In this document: one piece after another, positions 1-13,900 of the stretch
Layout: every line of letters begins with the position of its first letter
Position numbering within the stretch: position 1 is the first letter of the stretch
Source of the DNA: Mobula hypostoma
Taxonomy: Eukaryota
Length of the DNA: 64,000 nucleotides
Assembly (NCBI RefSeq): GCF_963921235.1
Contig: NC_086097.1
Coordinates: 58,592,001-58,656,000, forward strand
Direction: 5' to 3'
Notes under the pieces: generated by a model
Told to the model about the DNA's origin: nothing
Databases searched by the model: none
What the model saw: only the letters and a program-made list of their open reading frames with translations
Program-made: the position numbers and the translations under genes

Positions 1-653
1 GCTTTTACTTCATTGCCTAGACTGATACTCCATTAACTTGAAGCTGATTGGAAAAAAATGAGATCTCTACCTGAGTTCTCTACCATTTACAAAGGTAACA
101 GCAATTCAATGCATGGAAGTAAGGTGAAACTTAATTCAAGTAGAACTTCATGCCATTTTGTACTTAATTATTCTTAGAATACACTTTCCCAGGTGGTGGC
201 AGGTGTTCATGTAGCAGAAAAATTAGCAATCTGTTATGCCTGTCTACAGGTAGCTTGACTTTCCACATGAATAGGCATGCAGTTATTTTTCTCTGTAACA
301 TATACTTGGATTTTAATCCTGTTAATATTCAGTGATTAAAATATATTTAAAAATTGCAAGCGCTTCCACCAAGGCATGCCTTACTTAGAACAAACCTGTC
401 AACTGAAATAAACTTAGGAGATGTCTGCACTAATAATCACATACAAATTCTGGAGATAAGACATTATCTCTCAATCAATAAAATTAAACCAACCTTGGTT
501 TAATTCCAGTGTACTGCATTGACATAGATAAAGTAATTCTAAGTTACTTTTAAGAAGGCGGCAAAAGTCAATATAATAACTAGGTGCAAATCTTATTAAT
601 TGAGAACAGTTGATGCTACTAATCACATTTAAATTGTAAATAATGATTATTAC

Positions 654-733
654 CTTAGATGCCAGAAGGATACCAGTTTCCCTCTTTAACTTACTGATGG
701 TGCTATCAAGCGAAGATTTCTTGCTAATAAGGT
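654..733 (-). CDS. CCDC175: CCDC175 exon 15 (80 nt, [27 protein letters not shown])
   Basis: ctttttatAG acceptor, AAG|GTAAT donor, phase 1->0. Confidence 0.83.
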
Positions 734-3700
734 CTATAAAAAGATGAAAAATTACACCCATTTAAAATAATACCAGCAATAACTTTGTTGCAATTTAGAT
801 GGCAGATGTGTACATAAGTATAGTTACTGTAACAGTTAAGGAGAAAAAAGACAGACTATCTGGCAATGACATAGACATTGAAACCCAGATAAGGTAAAGA
901 TACTCCTGTTCCAGCTGACCTTGCAAAGTACTTCTTCCATGTAGAAACTTGCATCTAAATTGAGAAACCTGTCCCAATAATTAGTCAAACAGCAGTCCAA
1001 AACAGTTATAATCACAGTACTGTACCTTACAGACAAGAAGCCAGACGTCTTTATCACAATCCATGGGTACAACTTTTCAACTGGAAAACAGGAGACCTCA
1101 TCCTGATTTTTACCTCCTACTTGATGAATCAGTGCCCTCAAGAAATGCTCCCAAAAACACGCTCAACTTCAACAATATGATACCCAGTATGAGTGCTAAA
1201 GGCAAAACTGAAACATACGAAACACATTCAAATTCCCCACTTTCACCACAGTTAGTCTTTAGGCGATTTACTTCATGCACCATCATGGAATGATTGAGAA
1301 CACTGGATACAATAAAGATTATGGGTACAGAGAACATAAGCAAAGAAGTTGAAAACTTGTACTCAAGAACTAGCCAAATCTTTGTTCCAGTATAGCTCAA
1401 TGCTGGCCTCTAGGTATTTAACAATGAATGTCTGCCTCCTGATTTGCCAAGGCTTTTCCACCATCTACAAAACAGAAATGTGACCATCTACAAAACAGAA
1501 ATGTGACAGAATACACTCCACTTACCTGAGTGAACGTGATTGCAATAACAGTTAAGAAGCTTGACACAATATGGGACAAAGTAGCTCCACCACTTCCACT
1601 TCTCTAAACATTCATTCCTTCCAATGCCTGTGTTGCAGTGTGTACTATCTACAAAATGCACTGTGATTACTCGCCTAGGCTAAGCCTGCAGATTCAAGAA
1701 TTGAGAAGAACAATGGCAACAGATGCTTCGGAACACTATTACCTGCCTACCACCACTTTCAAGAGAAAAACTGTTCTGTGGAGAAAATATATCACTACCT
1801 CTGAGTCCTGGAACTCTTTCTTCAACTGCTTTGTGGAGTACCTTCACTGGAAGGATATGCAGCAGTTTAAGAACATTAAAAGTTCTGAGAGTAACTTTCT
1901 GAAATCAAATTTCTGAAAAACTGACTACCATAAAAGGTTCTGGGCAAATTTAAAATAAAATTAGGTAATTTAAAATCAGGTTAATCGTAATGGTGAAGTA
2001 TTTTTTTCTTGACCACACGTTCAGTTACAATAGTAATAGTGAATTGACACAACTCTTTAAATATCCTAAATGAACCCGAGACATGGCAAATTTTATATTT
2101 GTCTGAAAGCAAATAAGTTTGAAAGGAAAACTACAAAAATCTTGAAGTAGTCAGCAGTTGTTTACCAATTAAACAGGAAAAACACTATCAGAAAGAGGTT
2201 TATTATCACTGACATACAGTATGTTGTGAAATTTGTGGTTTTGCAGCAGCAACACAGTAAAATACTATAAGCTACAATAAGCAATAATAGAAAAGTAAAT
2301 AGTAGTGCAAAAATAGAGCAAAATAGTGAGGGTTCATGGATAGTTCAAAGATCTGCGGTGGAGGGTTCCTAAGATGTTGAATGCGTGTCTCAGGCTCATG
2401 TATCTCCTCCGTGATGGTAGTAATGAGATGGCAAATGTCTTTAATGAAGAGTGCCACCTTCATGAGGAACCACCTTTTGAAGATATCCTCGATGGTGGAG
2501 AGGCAAGTTCCTACGATGGAGGCGGCTGAGGTTAAAGCCCTCTGCAGCTATTTCTGAACCTTTGCATTAGAGCCTCTATACCAGACAGTGATGCAACTGG
2601 TCAGAATGCTCTCTGCAGTACACTTGTAGAAATTTACTTTGGTAACATACTAAATCTCCTCACATCCCTGAAGAAGTTGAGCTGCTGGCATGCCCTCTTT
2701 GTTATATGCTAGATATGCTGGGGCCAGGGTAACATTTTAGAGATGTTGACACCCAAGAATTTGAAGACGCTCACCCTTTTCATGACTGACCCCTCAATGC
2801 GGGCTGGTGAGTATTCCCCTGACTTCCTCTTCTTGCTACTCTATATGCTTAAACTTTAAGACTACAAACCCAAAGCGTTATTAGGTTCAATAGTTCTTCT
2901 CAGTCAGTAAGGCCAAAATGGGCCACATGGCCTTCCTCCAAGTCTGAGACATCTATCATTTTAAGAAAAATATGCATGATGATGTGACAATTATCAAGGT
3001 GGTGCAGCGGTAGTGCAACTGACCTACAACCCCAGGGACCCTGTTTGACCCTGAATTTGGGTAGTGTATGCATAGATTTAGACCATTCTCTCTCCTGGAT
3101 TCCTAAGGGGTGCTCCAGTTTCCTTCCACATCCCAAAGATTAAATGATCACTAAATTACCCCTTATTATGGGTTCAAGGCGCATGTGTCAGAAAGAATTA
3201 AGCTGCAGTGGAATGAGGAAATAAGAGGGGGGGAATTAAACTTATAAATTACTCTCCTAAGACACAGCATGGATCAGATGAGTGAATGGCCTCCTTCTGT
3301 GTTAATATACGTATAAAACATCACAGACATATTTAAAGGTAATTCTATTGCATTCAGACTTAAGAACATTTGTTCAAATGTGCCAGTACATTTGCAAAGC
3401 TCTCTCATTTCTAGATTAAGAACTGCAAAGAAAATGGCAGAAATATAATAATCTTAGCTCTCCAGAATGTTATCAGTAGATCTACCTGATAACTTATCTA
3501 CTAAACACAATCAAATAATTTTTGCTTTCATGCTGCTGATTCAGTTGAAACACTGACCAATCTAGTTAGTGAGGTAGATTTATATCTCTGCATTATATGC
3601 TATTTTTACATAATAAGAAAAGTTCAAAAAATGCCATTAAAATACCAATAAGTTCTTTCTGTAATCCATCACAAATTGCTGTTTCTTCTGCGAGTTCGGT

Positions 3701-6700
3701 TTCCAGCTGCTGTCTGATGGGCAATTTCACTTCCAGTTCCTTTTTCACCTGCATTACTTTTTCCATCGTTTCTTTAATTTCATCCTTTTGCACAGAAGAA
3801 CAGAAAATAGAAATTCATTCCTCCACTGCTGTAAACGATTTTTACAAGTAGCAATTATGCCTCATTACATATTAGACAGAGGATGTGAATGTTTGAAGAT
3901 GTTTCATCTCAAAATAAGCCAAAATTCATTACTGCTAATGTGATAATCCATCCAAAGAAATATGATGCTGGATAATGGTTGCACAAATCAATGCATTACT
4001 TTAGGACATATTTTCCACTAAGATTACCAGTTGTCAGAAGCCTGAACCATACTATTTCGGCATAATCTTTTGCTGAGAACCCAGTTTCCAGCTCACTTGT
4101 TAAGGCCCATGCAGTGAAAAGCCTCTGCAACTCCAGTGGTGAACTGCAGTGATGTTGCAGACAGTAGTGAAGCTCAGGGGCAGGGATGAGAGGAAATCTT
4201 ATAGAAACATATAAAATTATGAAGGGTATAGATAAGCTAGAGGCAGGAAAGTTGTTTCTACTGGTAGGTGAGACTAGAACTAGGGGACATAGCCTCAAGA
4301 TTTGGGGAAGTAAATTTAGGATGGAGATGAGGTGGAACTACTTTTCCCAGAGAGTGGTGAATCTGTGGAAGTCTCTGCCCAATGAAGCAGTGGAGGCTAC
4401 CTCAGTAAATATATTTAAGATAGTAGGGGAATTAAGAGTTATGGGGAAAGGCAGGTAGGTGGAGATGAGTGTATGGTCAGATCAGCCATGACCTTGTTGA
4501 ATGGTGTAGCAGGCTCAAAGTGCCAGATGGCCTACTCTTGCTCCTATTTCTTATGTTCTCATTATAAGCAAATATTGTAATTTTCTGTAGCTGCTCTCTG
4601 ACTTGACTGTGAATCTCAGCAGAATAAGACTTAATTGGGGTTGGTTAACATACAAGAGCTTTACACTTCAATAATTATTAATTCTGGTACCAGACGCTGA
4701 GAGTGAATGAGATGTTGATTTAAATGAACCCTGAACTAATCTAATAGAAACTCTTAGAAAATGTTTCCCTTGCACTGTAGACAGTGCACACAAAAGGTAG
4801 GCAACAATGTTAATAAATATGTACAGTAGAACGCATGTGTACTGTATTCCAGATTAACCCTCAAGGTGCAGTTGCCCTCTTAATGTTATTGTATATGAGT
4901 TGCAACCTAGGTTAAGGGAATTACTGTTATTACTTGTGTGTAATGAGAAGCTTTAAAACTATTTAGAGAGTTAGAACATAAGAGTATAAGAAATAGAAGC
5001 AAGAATAGGCCATTTGACTCATTGATCCTGCTCCACCATTCAATCAGTTCATGGCTGATTTGGCTGTGGAATGAGCTACACCTACCTACCTTTTCCCCCA
5101 TAACCCTGGTATATAAAAATCTACATAACTGTGTCTTAAATATATTTAATATAGTAGCCTCTATTGCTTACCTGGGCTGAGAATTCCATGGATTCACTAC
5201 TCTCTGGGAAAAGCAGTTTCTCCTCATCTCCATCCTAAATCTATTCCCCCAGATTCTGAGGCTAGGTCCCTCATTCTAGTCTCGCTTACCAATGGAAACA
5301 ACTTTTATGTCTCTATCTTATCTAATTTCATAATTTTATAATTTTATGTTTCTGTAAAATACTTTCATAATCTTATATGTTTCTATAAGATCCCCTTCAC
5401 TCTTCTGAATTCCAGCGAGTATAGTTCCAGACGACTCTCATAGACTAACTCCCTCATCTCTGGAATCAACTTAGTAAACCTCTTCTGTACCACCTCTAAA
5501 GCCAGTACATCTTTTCTCAAGTAAGGACACCAGAACTGCATGCAGTACTCCAGGTGCAGCCTCTCCAGTACCCTATACAGTTGCAGCATAACCTCCCTGC
5601 TCTTGAATTCAATCCCTCTAACAATGAAAGGCAACATCACATTTGCCTACTTAATAACCTGTTCCACCTCAAACCCTTTTGCTTTTGATACACAAGCACT
5701 CCCAAGCCACTCTGCACAACAGCATGCCACAACCTTTCACCATTTAAATAATAATCCGATCTTCTAGTTTTCCTTCCAAACTGGATGACCTTGCACGTAC
5801 CAACATTGTACAGTACTCCATCAGTTGGATACTTGCCCAATCACTTAACCCATCTATATCTCTCTGCAAACATTTCACAATTTTCTCTTCCATTCAACTT
5901 AGTGTCACCAGCAAACCTAGATATGTTACACTCGGTCTCCTCTTTCAAATCATTAATGTATATTGTGAACAGTTGCAGACCAACACCAACTCTTGTGGCA
6001 CTCCATTTACCACTGACCGCCAACCTGTGAAACACTCATTTATCCCAACTGCCTACCTTCTATTGGTGGATCAATCCTCCATGCATGGCAGTACATTACC
6101 CCAACTTCTTGCATCCTTGTCTCAAGGATAAGTCTTTTATGCAGCACCTTATCAAATACCCTCTGGAAATCCAAGTACACAATATCCACCTGTTCTCTCT
6201 ATCCATTGCTTTCATTATATCCTCAACAAATTCCTGTAACCCTGTCAAACAGGACCTACCCTTTAGTAATACATTCCTTGCCAGCTTGATGGAACCAGTT
6301 TTATCCAGATTTTGCACTATATCTTAATTATAGCTTCAAGCATTTTCCAAACTACAGGTGTTAAGCTAGCAAGCCTATAATTACCTACCTATTGCCTACA
6401 TATTTTTGGATCAATGGAGTTCCCTGAATCTTCACAAGTGATTTGCCAATTAGAATTAAAGATCATTCAAAATATGAATATTCCTATATACAATAAGAAT
6501 ATAAAAAATGCTGGCTATTATTGAAACCACTCCCCATTCTAACCAATGTTTACAGGAACACCGTCAAGTGTCCTCATATTAAGATCATAAGACATAGGAG
6601 CAGAATTAGGCCACCGGTCCATTGAGTCTGCTCCTCCATTTCATCATGGCTCATTTATTATCCCTCTCAACCCTGTTCTCCTGCCTTCTCACTGTAACCC

Positions 6701-9700
6701 TTGACACCCTCACTAAACAAGAATCTATCAACTTCCACTTTAAATATAATCAACAATATGGATTCCACAGCTGTCCACAGATCTACCACCTTCTGGCTGA
6801 AGACATTCCTCCTCATGTCTGTTTTAAAGGGATGTCCTTCTATTCTGAGGTTGTGCCCTCTGGTCCTAGACCCACCCACTATAGGAAACATCCTCTCCAC
6901 GTCCACTAAATCTGGGCCTTCAAATATTCAATAAGTTTCAATGAGATCCCCCCCTCTTTCTTCATGACTCCAGTGAGTACAGACCCAGAGACATCAAATG
7001 TTCTTCATGTATTAAACCCTTCATTCCTGGAATAATTTATGTGAACCTCCTCTGGACCCTCTTCAATACCAGCACACCTCTTCTTAGATTACTGGGCCCA
7101 AAACTGCTCATAATACTCCAAGTGCAGTCCATCCAATGCCTTCTAAAGCCTCAGCATCGCACTGTGTTCTCATATTCTAGTTCTCTCAAAATGAATGCTA
7201 ACACTGCATTTGCCTTCCTTACCACTGGCTCAATCTGCAAGTTAACCTTTAGGGAATCCTGCACAAGGACTCCCAAGTCCCTTTGCACCTTAGGTTTCGT
7301 CCCCATTTAGAAAACAGTGCATACCTTTATTTCTTCTACTGAAATGCATGACCATACACTTCCCTCCACTATATTCTAACTGCCACTACTTTGCCCATTC
7401 TTCCAATCTGTCCACGTCCTGCTTCCTCAACAAACCTGACTTTTCAACTATCTTTATATTGTCTGCAAACTAGGCCATAAAGTCAATTCCATCAACCAAA
7501 ATTGTTGACATATAATGTGAAAAGAAATGGACCCAATACCAACCCTTGTGGAACACCACTAGTCACTGGCAGCCAACCAGAGAAATGCTCCCTTTATTCC
7601 CACTCTTTGCCTCCTGCCAATCCATGCTAGAATCCTTCCTGTAATACCATGGCTCTTAACTTGTTATGCAGCCTCATGTGCAGCACCCTGTCAAAGGCCT
7701 TTTTAAAATCCAGGAAAACAACATCCACTGACTCTCACTGTCTATCCCATGCCAGCTGCATCACAAGTCTAATACAGGGGCAGGACTCATGAAGAATAGT
7801 GGTAAGTGATGATTGTTTCTCTGGTTTCAGCTGGTGCTAATGTATGTAGTAGTCCATTTACTGCACTATTTTTTGTCAGTGAAGTGGGTGTAAAAGTAGT
7901 GTTTGGGGGTTCAAGGGAGGTTTACCAGGGCCTCACCAACGGGCTGAGTCATGAACGACGTCACAGAATGGGCAGAGAGGAAGGTGTGTTGCAGTGAGGA
8001 GAACCCCCACACACATCTAGTTAAGTGTTATAATGCTTGCTCTGTTCTGTCCTCATAAACAAAGTTTTGAAACAGTTAAGGGGAATTTGTGTCTTTCTGC
8101 CTTATTGGCCAGATCCACAAATCTTTTGGCATAACATATTTAATAAATACATACATTGACAATACCAAACAAAAACTGCTGGCTACTATTGAAACTTTGT
8201 GCATGTATTAAACCCAGACTATAATTTCTGTAAGCACATGTAGATATTGGTATCTGTAAATTATTATATGCAAATGGAGCAAAGAAATGGAAGGCATACT
8301 ATACTTTTAAGTGGTTAATTTCTATTGACAGAAGCTGTTCCTTATTTCTGAATGCATCTTCTTCTGCTGTAAGTTGTTGTTTTAGTGTCTTAATTTTTTC
8401 AGCATACTCATTAATTCTCTCCTGGAGATTCTTACTCTGATTTAAAACACAAAAAAAGTTAAAGTATAAAACATTTTTTATTCTTTACTAAAATGATCTT
8501 CAAAAATCAATGTATAAAGTACTTAATTTATCTACAAAATTTGTTTACAACATACTGAAAACAGATCTTTTCTGAATCTTCTCATTTCAAATGATATATA
8601 GAAACTAAACAACAGGCTTTAAAATCTTCAAACTAAGGTAATGAGAAATTTACGTACGTGAATTATTTTTCCTGAAATGGAAGATAAAAACTGTTTCATA
8701 CTTGGCCGATAAGAAATTTCAGAGTGAACATGAGCACGACAAACATTTGATGCAGGTCATCTAACCTGCACTATTCAATGCATATTGCATTTTTTAATTG
8801 TACACTGGTGGAGGCAATATGAAGCTCGCTGTACAGTTACAGCATAAACACACAAGAAAGATAAATTCAGAATAGTACCTCAAATTGGACTGTAACAATT
8901 GGGTAACAAAAATTGGATTCAAAAGCTAAACACAAGGAATGGATGCAGGACATTACTGTGAAAACAATAGTTTCCATGCGATTTTTCCTCATCTCATTAA
9001 TCTCTACCACTGGATGGTGGTGAAAACATTATGCTGTTTTTCTAAATGGAATAATTAAGATACAACAAATGTTTACTTCTAGAACTCCAGCGAAGCACAA
9101 TATCCTTGGCTATTCTCAATTAAGTAGGTCATCAAGACTTTACATCCCTCCACCATGCTCCCCTGCTCTGTTAAATATCATAGCCCATACCTCTTCAATT
9201 AGTTTGTCATGTTCCTTCGTTAAGTCCTGTAAGCGTCTAGCCTGACTAGTTAAATACGCCCCAGTTGTTCTTTTGATGTCTAATATTTCTCTTGACATTT
9301 CTTCTCTTTTATGTATGGTAGCTTCCCTATTTGTTAAATAAAGGAGGTATTATAGCAAAATGTCAGATACAGAAATTAGGACATTGCATTTCCCTTAATT
9401 AAATAAATCATCTATAGCTAATAAAATCTGCATTTTCCAATTTTGCTTAAAATTTGCTTTGTTTGAATCAACAATTAATTATTTAAACTTCAAATTTAAA
9501 TCAGTGCATCTGGGGTAAGCAGAACACACAGTAGTCCTGCAACACAAAACCTGGGCCATTATATCTAAGTAGTGCAGATACAGTATGTTTCTTACTCAAA
9601 ACTAACATGATATCTGGCTGAGTAGAGAGGAATTGTGCCAGAAGCTTGTTGCTACACAGGATTTGCAGTGATTTTTGTGAAGGTAAATGGGGAAATAAGG

Positions 9701-10944
9701 GAATGCAGATCAACCATAAGAGGGCAAATACAGTGGAAAGAGAGTGCTAAGAAGTGAAGGCAGCTGGAGATTTTATTTTTGGGATAAAAACAAGATTGTA
9801 CTTTGTCTGACCCAAATTCCATTTTCCTATGATTGAAAAAAATAAGGCTTCCTCTGACTTAATTCTTCACACATACCTCAGATACAACTAGCACCAGGAT
9901 ATGAATTCCTTCATTGGACCTGACATTTTTACAGAAAGTGGTAATGAATCCAATTGTACAGAGCACTGCTTCTATAGAATGCTAAAGCAGAATTTGGTAA
10001 ATAAAGAAATTCACTGCAGTGAGAAAAGAGGTATTGTTCTGGTAGTCTACAAAACAAGGAGCAATCTTAGAAACAGATCAGGAGATCTGGACACTGATGG
10101 CAAAAACATGGATTAAAATTAACAGTTTAAAAGATACCAACTAGATTCAAGAAGAGGGAATCGACTTATTTTTAAGATCACAAATGGGCAGCTGACATCT
10201 GTTACTTGCAATTCCTGCAGTGTGGAAATTTCAGGAGCTAGATTTGGTAAATTAATTTGGTTTATTATTGTCACATGTACCAAGTTACAGTGAAAAGCTT
10301 ATCTTGCATACTGTCTATATAGCTCAATTCATTACAAAGGTGCATTGAGATAGTACAAGGGAAAACAATAACAAAGTGCAGAATATATTGGTGAGACCCA
10401 TCGTAAATTGAGGGACTGCTTTGTCGAGCACCTCCACTCCATCCGCCAAAAGCAGAACTCCCGGTGGTCAAACATTTTAATTTCGATTCCCATTGCTGTT
10501 CAGACATGACAGTCCATGGCCTTCTCTTGTGCCAAGATGAAGCCACCCTTAGGGTGGAGGAGCAACATCTGGGTAGCCTCCAACTTGATGGCATGAATAT
10601 TAATTTCTCTTTCCATTAAAAAAATTCCTCTCCCTCCCCTCTTCTTCTATTTCCCACTCTGGCCTTTTACCTCTTCTCATCTGCCTATCATTTTCCCCGG
10701 GTCTCCTCCTCCATCCCTTTCTGCTATGGCTCACTCCCCTCTCCTAGCAGATTCTTTCTTCTTCAGCCCTTTATCTTTCCCACCCACCTGGCTTCACCTA
10801 TCGCCTTCTAGTTAGCCTCCTTCCCCTTTTTTTTATTCTGGCAGCTTCCCTCTTCCTTTCCAATTCTGATGAAGGGTCTTAGCCTGAAACATCAACTGTT
10901 TATTCATTTTCATAGATGCTGCCTGTCCTGCTGAGTTCCTCCAG

Positions 10945-10983
<39 letters not shown>

Positions 10984-13900
10984 GCAGAATTAGTTGTTGC
11001 ATTTATTGAGATAGACAGTAAGGTGCAAAGGCAACAAGGTTGATTATTCAAGATTTTTTAATGTCATTTCCTGTACATAAGTTTAAGAATGAAATGATTG
11101 TTCTCTAGATCAAATACATGACAAACAAAAACACAGATGATATGGAACACAATAAGAATAAGAAACACAATAATATAAATACATAAAGTAGCTTGCAGTA
11201 TATACAGTACATTGATTGTATAAAGTGATGTTAGGCTGTACATAAGGTGACTGACAGGAAATTATAAACTCGCGGTGGGGCTAGTTGATGAAGGTGTTGA
11301 TTAGTGCTCGAGGAAAGTCTAGTCTGTTTTTGAGTCTGGAGGTCCTGGAGTGGATGCCACATATCCTCCTCCCTAATAGGAGTGGAGCATACAGTCCAAG
11401 AGCAAGGTGTGTGGAATCCTTCATGATGTTACTGGTCCTTTTTCTGGCACCTTCCCGTACATATGTCCTTGATGGCATGTAGGCTGGTGCTAATGATGTG
11501 TTAAGGAGTTTTTACTACTCATTGTAGATCCTTCCTTTCTGCTGCTGTGCAACTGCAGTGATGCAGCTTGGTAATATTCTCTACTGCACACCTGTAGAAT
11601 CATAAAAGTATGGATGTGCAAAGGCTGTCACCAGCCTCCTCAGAAAGCAGAAGCATTGGTATGTTTTCTTGACTGTGCAGGATGCGTTCTGGGACCATGA
11701 GAGGTTGTGTATTATATGCACTCACAGGAGTTTGAAATTGCTTGCAGTTTCCACAGCTCTGCCGCCAGTGTAAAGGGGGTGTGAGTGGTACGAATTCTCC
11801 TGAAGTCAATAACCGTCTCCTTTGCTTTACTGACATTGAGGAAAAGGTTATTTGCTTGGCACCAGGCCTCAAGCTCTTCCAAGCTCTGTAGGCCCTTTTA
11901 TCGTTGTTGGTGATGAGCCTTACCATTGTTGTGTCACTGGTGAATTCGATGATGTGATTGCCTGGGTGTTTGGCCATGCAATCATGTGTGAAAAGAACGT
12001 ACAGTAATGGGCTTAGCACACAGCCTTGGGGGGCGGGGGTGGCACCCATGTTAAAGATGATGGGGAAGGAGGAGTAGTTGTGCATCCTGACCATCTGAGG
12101 TCAGTTCATTAGGAAATCCAACACCCAGATGCAGAGTGGTGTATTTAGACTGAGGAGCAGGGATTTGTTCACCATGATCTGTGGGACAGTAGTGTTGGAT
12201 GCCAAAGTGAAATCGAGAAACACGTTCTGACACACAGTAAGTGTCCTTGTTTTTTTAGGTTTATCAGGGGCAGGTGCCTGACAGATGCTATGGCATCTAT
12301 CAGACAGAGGTTCTATCAGTAAACATGTTGGTGAATAAGGTCAAGAGTCCATCTTGACATACTAGGAAAACAAATAATTGTCTTGTACCAGTGGGCCAGA
12401 AGCTGTCCTTGTGGCTGGTGGTATGTGCTTTCAGGCTTTAGTAAGAGAGGAGAAGAGAGAATGTCTAGAGTGGGTGAGATCTTTGATTATGCAGGCTGTT
12501 TTATTAAGCAGCAAGAAATATAGATAAAGACGATAGATGGGAGGTGAGGTTGTGATGCCCTGAGCTGTGCCCACAACGTATCATGGTTGCTTGCATATGT
12601 AGGCAGAGCAGTTGATGCACCAAGCCATGATGCATCCATATAGGATGCTCTCTATAGTGCATCAACAAAAATGGGTAAGGAGCAAAAGGAACATGCTCTT
12701 TGTAGGAACTATTATTAACTGCTGAGCTCAAGTGGAAGCTGGAATTCTCTATTTTTATTTATTCATTTTTCATGATCTGGTCATCATTTTAATCCTAACA
12801 TTTTTTACACACACACTGTGAGGGAGATGGTGAGCTACTTATTCAAAGTCCTCTAGTTTTTCTGGTGAAGGTATCCCTACCAAAGGGACCTGCAGAAGTA
12901 GGCCAGGTGGCAGAGAAGGAAAAACACAATATCTCTAAGCCAGGGGTTCCCAACTCGGGGTCCACAGACACCTCAGTTAATGGTAGGGGTCTATGGCATA
13001 AAAAAAAAAGTTGGGAATCCCTGTTCTAAGTTAATGTGGTGTGGAACTTTGAAGGAAGGCTTTGAGTTATGTTCCTGAAGCCCTCAACCTTCTTGCTGGG
13101 TAAGTTCCAAGCTTGGAAGCTACTGACGGAACAGACTAAGGATCGACTGCTGTGTATTCAAGAAATGGTACACAGTGCACATTGGTGAAGGGAATGAAAG
13201 TTTAGAAGTGTGTAGGGTACCTGTCTAGCAGGCTGCTTTGTCAGATGTCGACCTTCTTTAAGGTTGTTAGAGCCACACCCATGCAAGCAAATGGAGAACT
13301 TTTCATCACTCTTCTGTGCTTTGCAAATGATTTGGGGGTGAGAAAAGGCAAGACAAGGTTTTTTTTTTAATATATATATTGAGCTCTGCCTGGAGGCCAA
13401 GAGCAGTCACACTCAATGCACCTCTGGAAATCATTGTCTTGTTTCATGTTTGAACCAAGGTTCTAATGAGCTCAGGCCCTGTCCAAAGTGGACACTGGTA
13501 AACAGGTTATTATAGAGTAACTGCTACTTGACAACACAGTTGACAACATCAGACAGGATCTGCCTTACATTTTCTAAACAGGACATCTGGTCAACTATTC
13601 ACATTGTCTTGTATATGCCAATGTGGTAATCCTTCCTAGAAAAGGTGTGGCTAGAAGTATTAATAGTTCTAAGGGCAAGTCTTCATTGTTATAGAAAGCA
13701 TATTGCATTATCCCAAAGCATTTGTCTATTTTGTTCTCCTTAATGAAACAAAGTTGGCACTTTAACTCAATAAATATTGAAAAGTAAGCTGGGCCATAAA
13801 ATTACAGATTTCAATGTAGATAATGGCTCACAGAGCACCTCATGGATCCCAAGATTTGAAACAGATGCATCTTTCTCATTTGTGATAGGGTATAGGGCAT

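Larger units (their letters stand above)
10385..10982 (+). mobile_element. Penelope-like element 3' fragment (GIY-YIG endonuclease remnant + pseudo-LTR with hammerhead motif)
   Basis: [16 protein letters not shown]...VVKHFN...[21 protein letters not shown]; pyrimidine-rich UTR; CTGATGA..GAAAC motif; (TG)n end; TGCAGAAT duplicated at 10377-10384 and 10983-10990. Confidence 0.85.

Noticed and set aside
1460..1505. 23-bp direct repeat as CRISPR-like or regulatory array
   Set aside because: Only two adjacent copies, no spacer; simple tandem duplication within an old LINE
6505..8196. Short similar sequences TGCTGGCTA(T/C)TATTGAAAC at ~6508 and ~8177
   Set aside because: Too short and not placed at element boundaries; cannot support a TSD or functional claim
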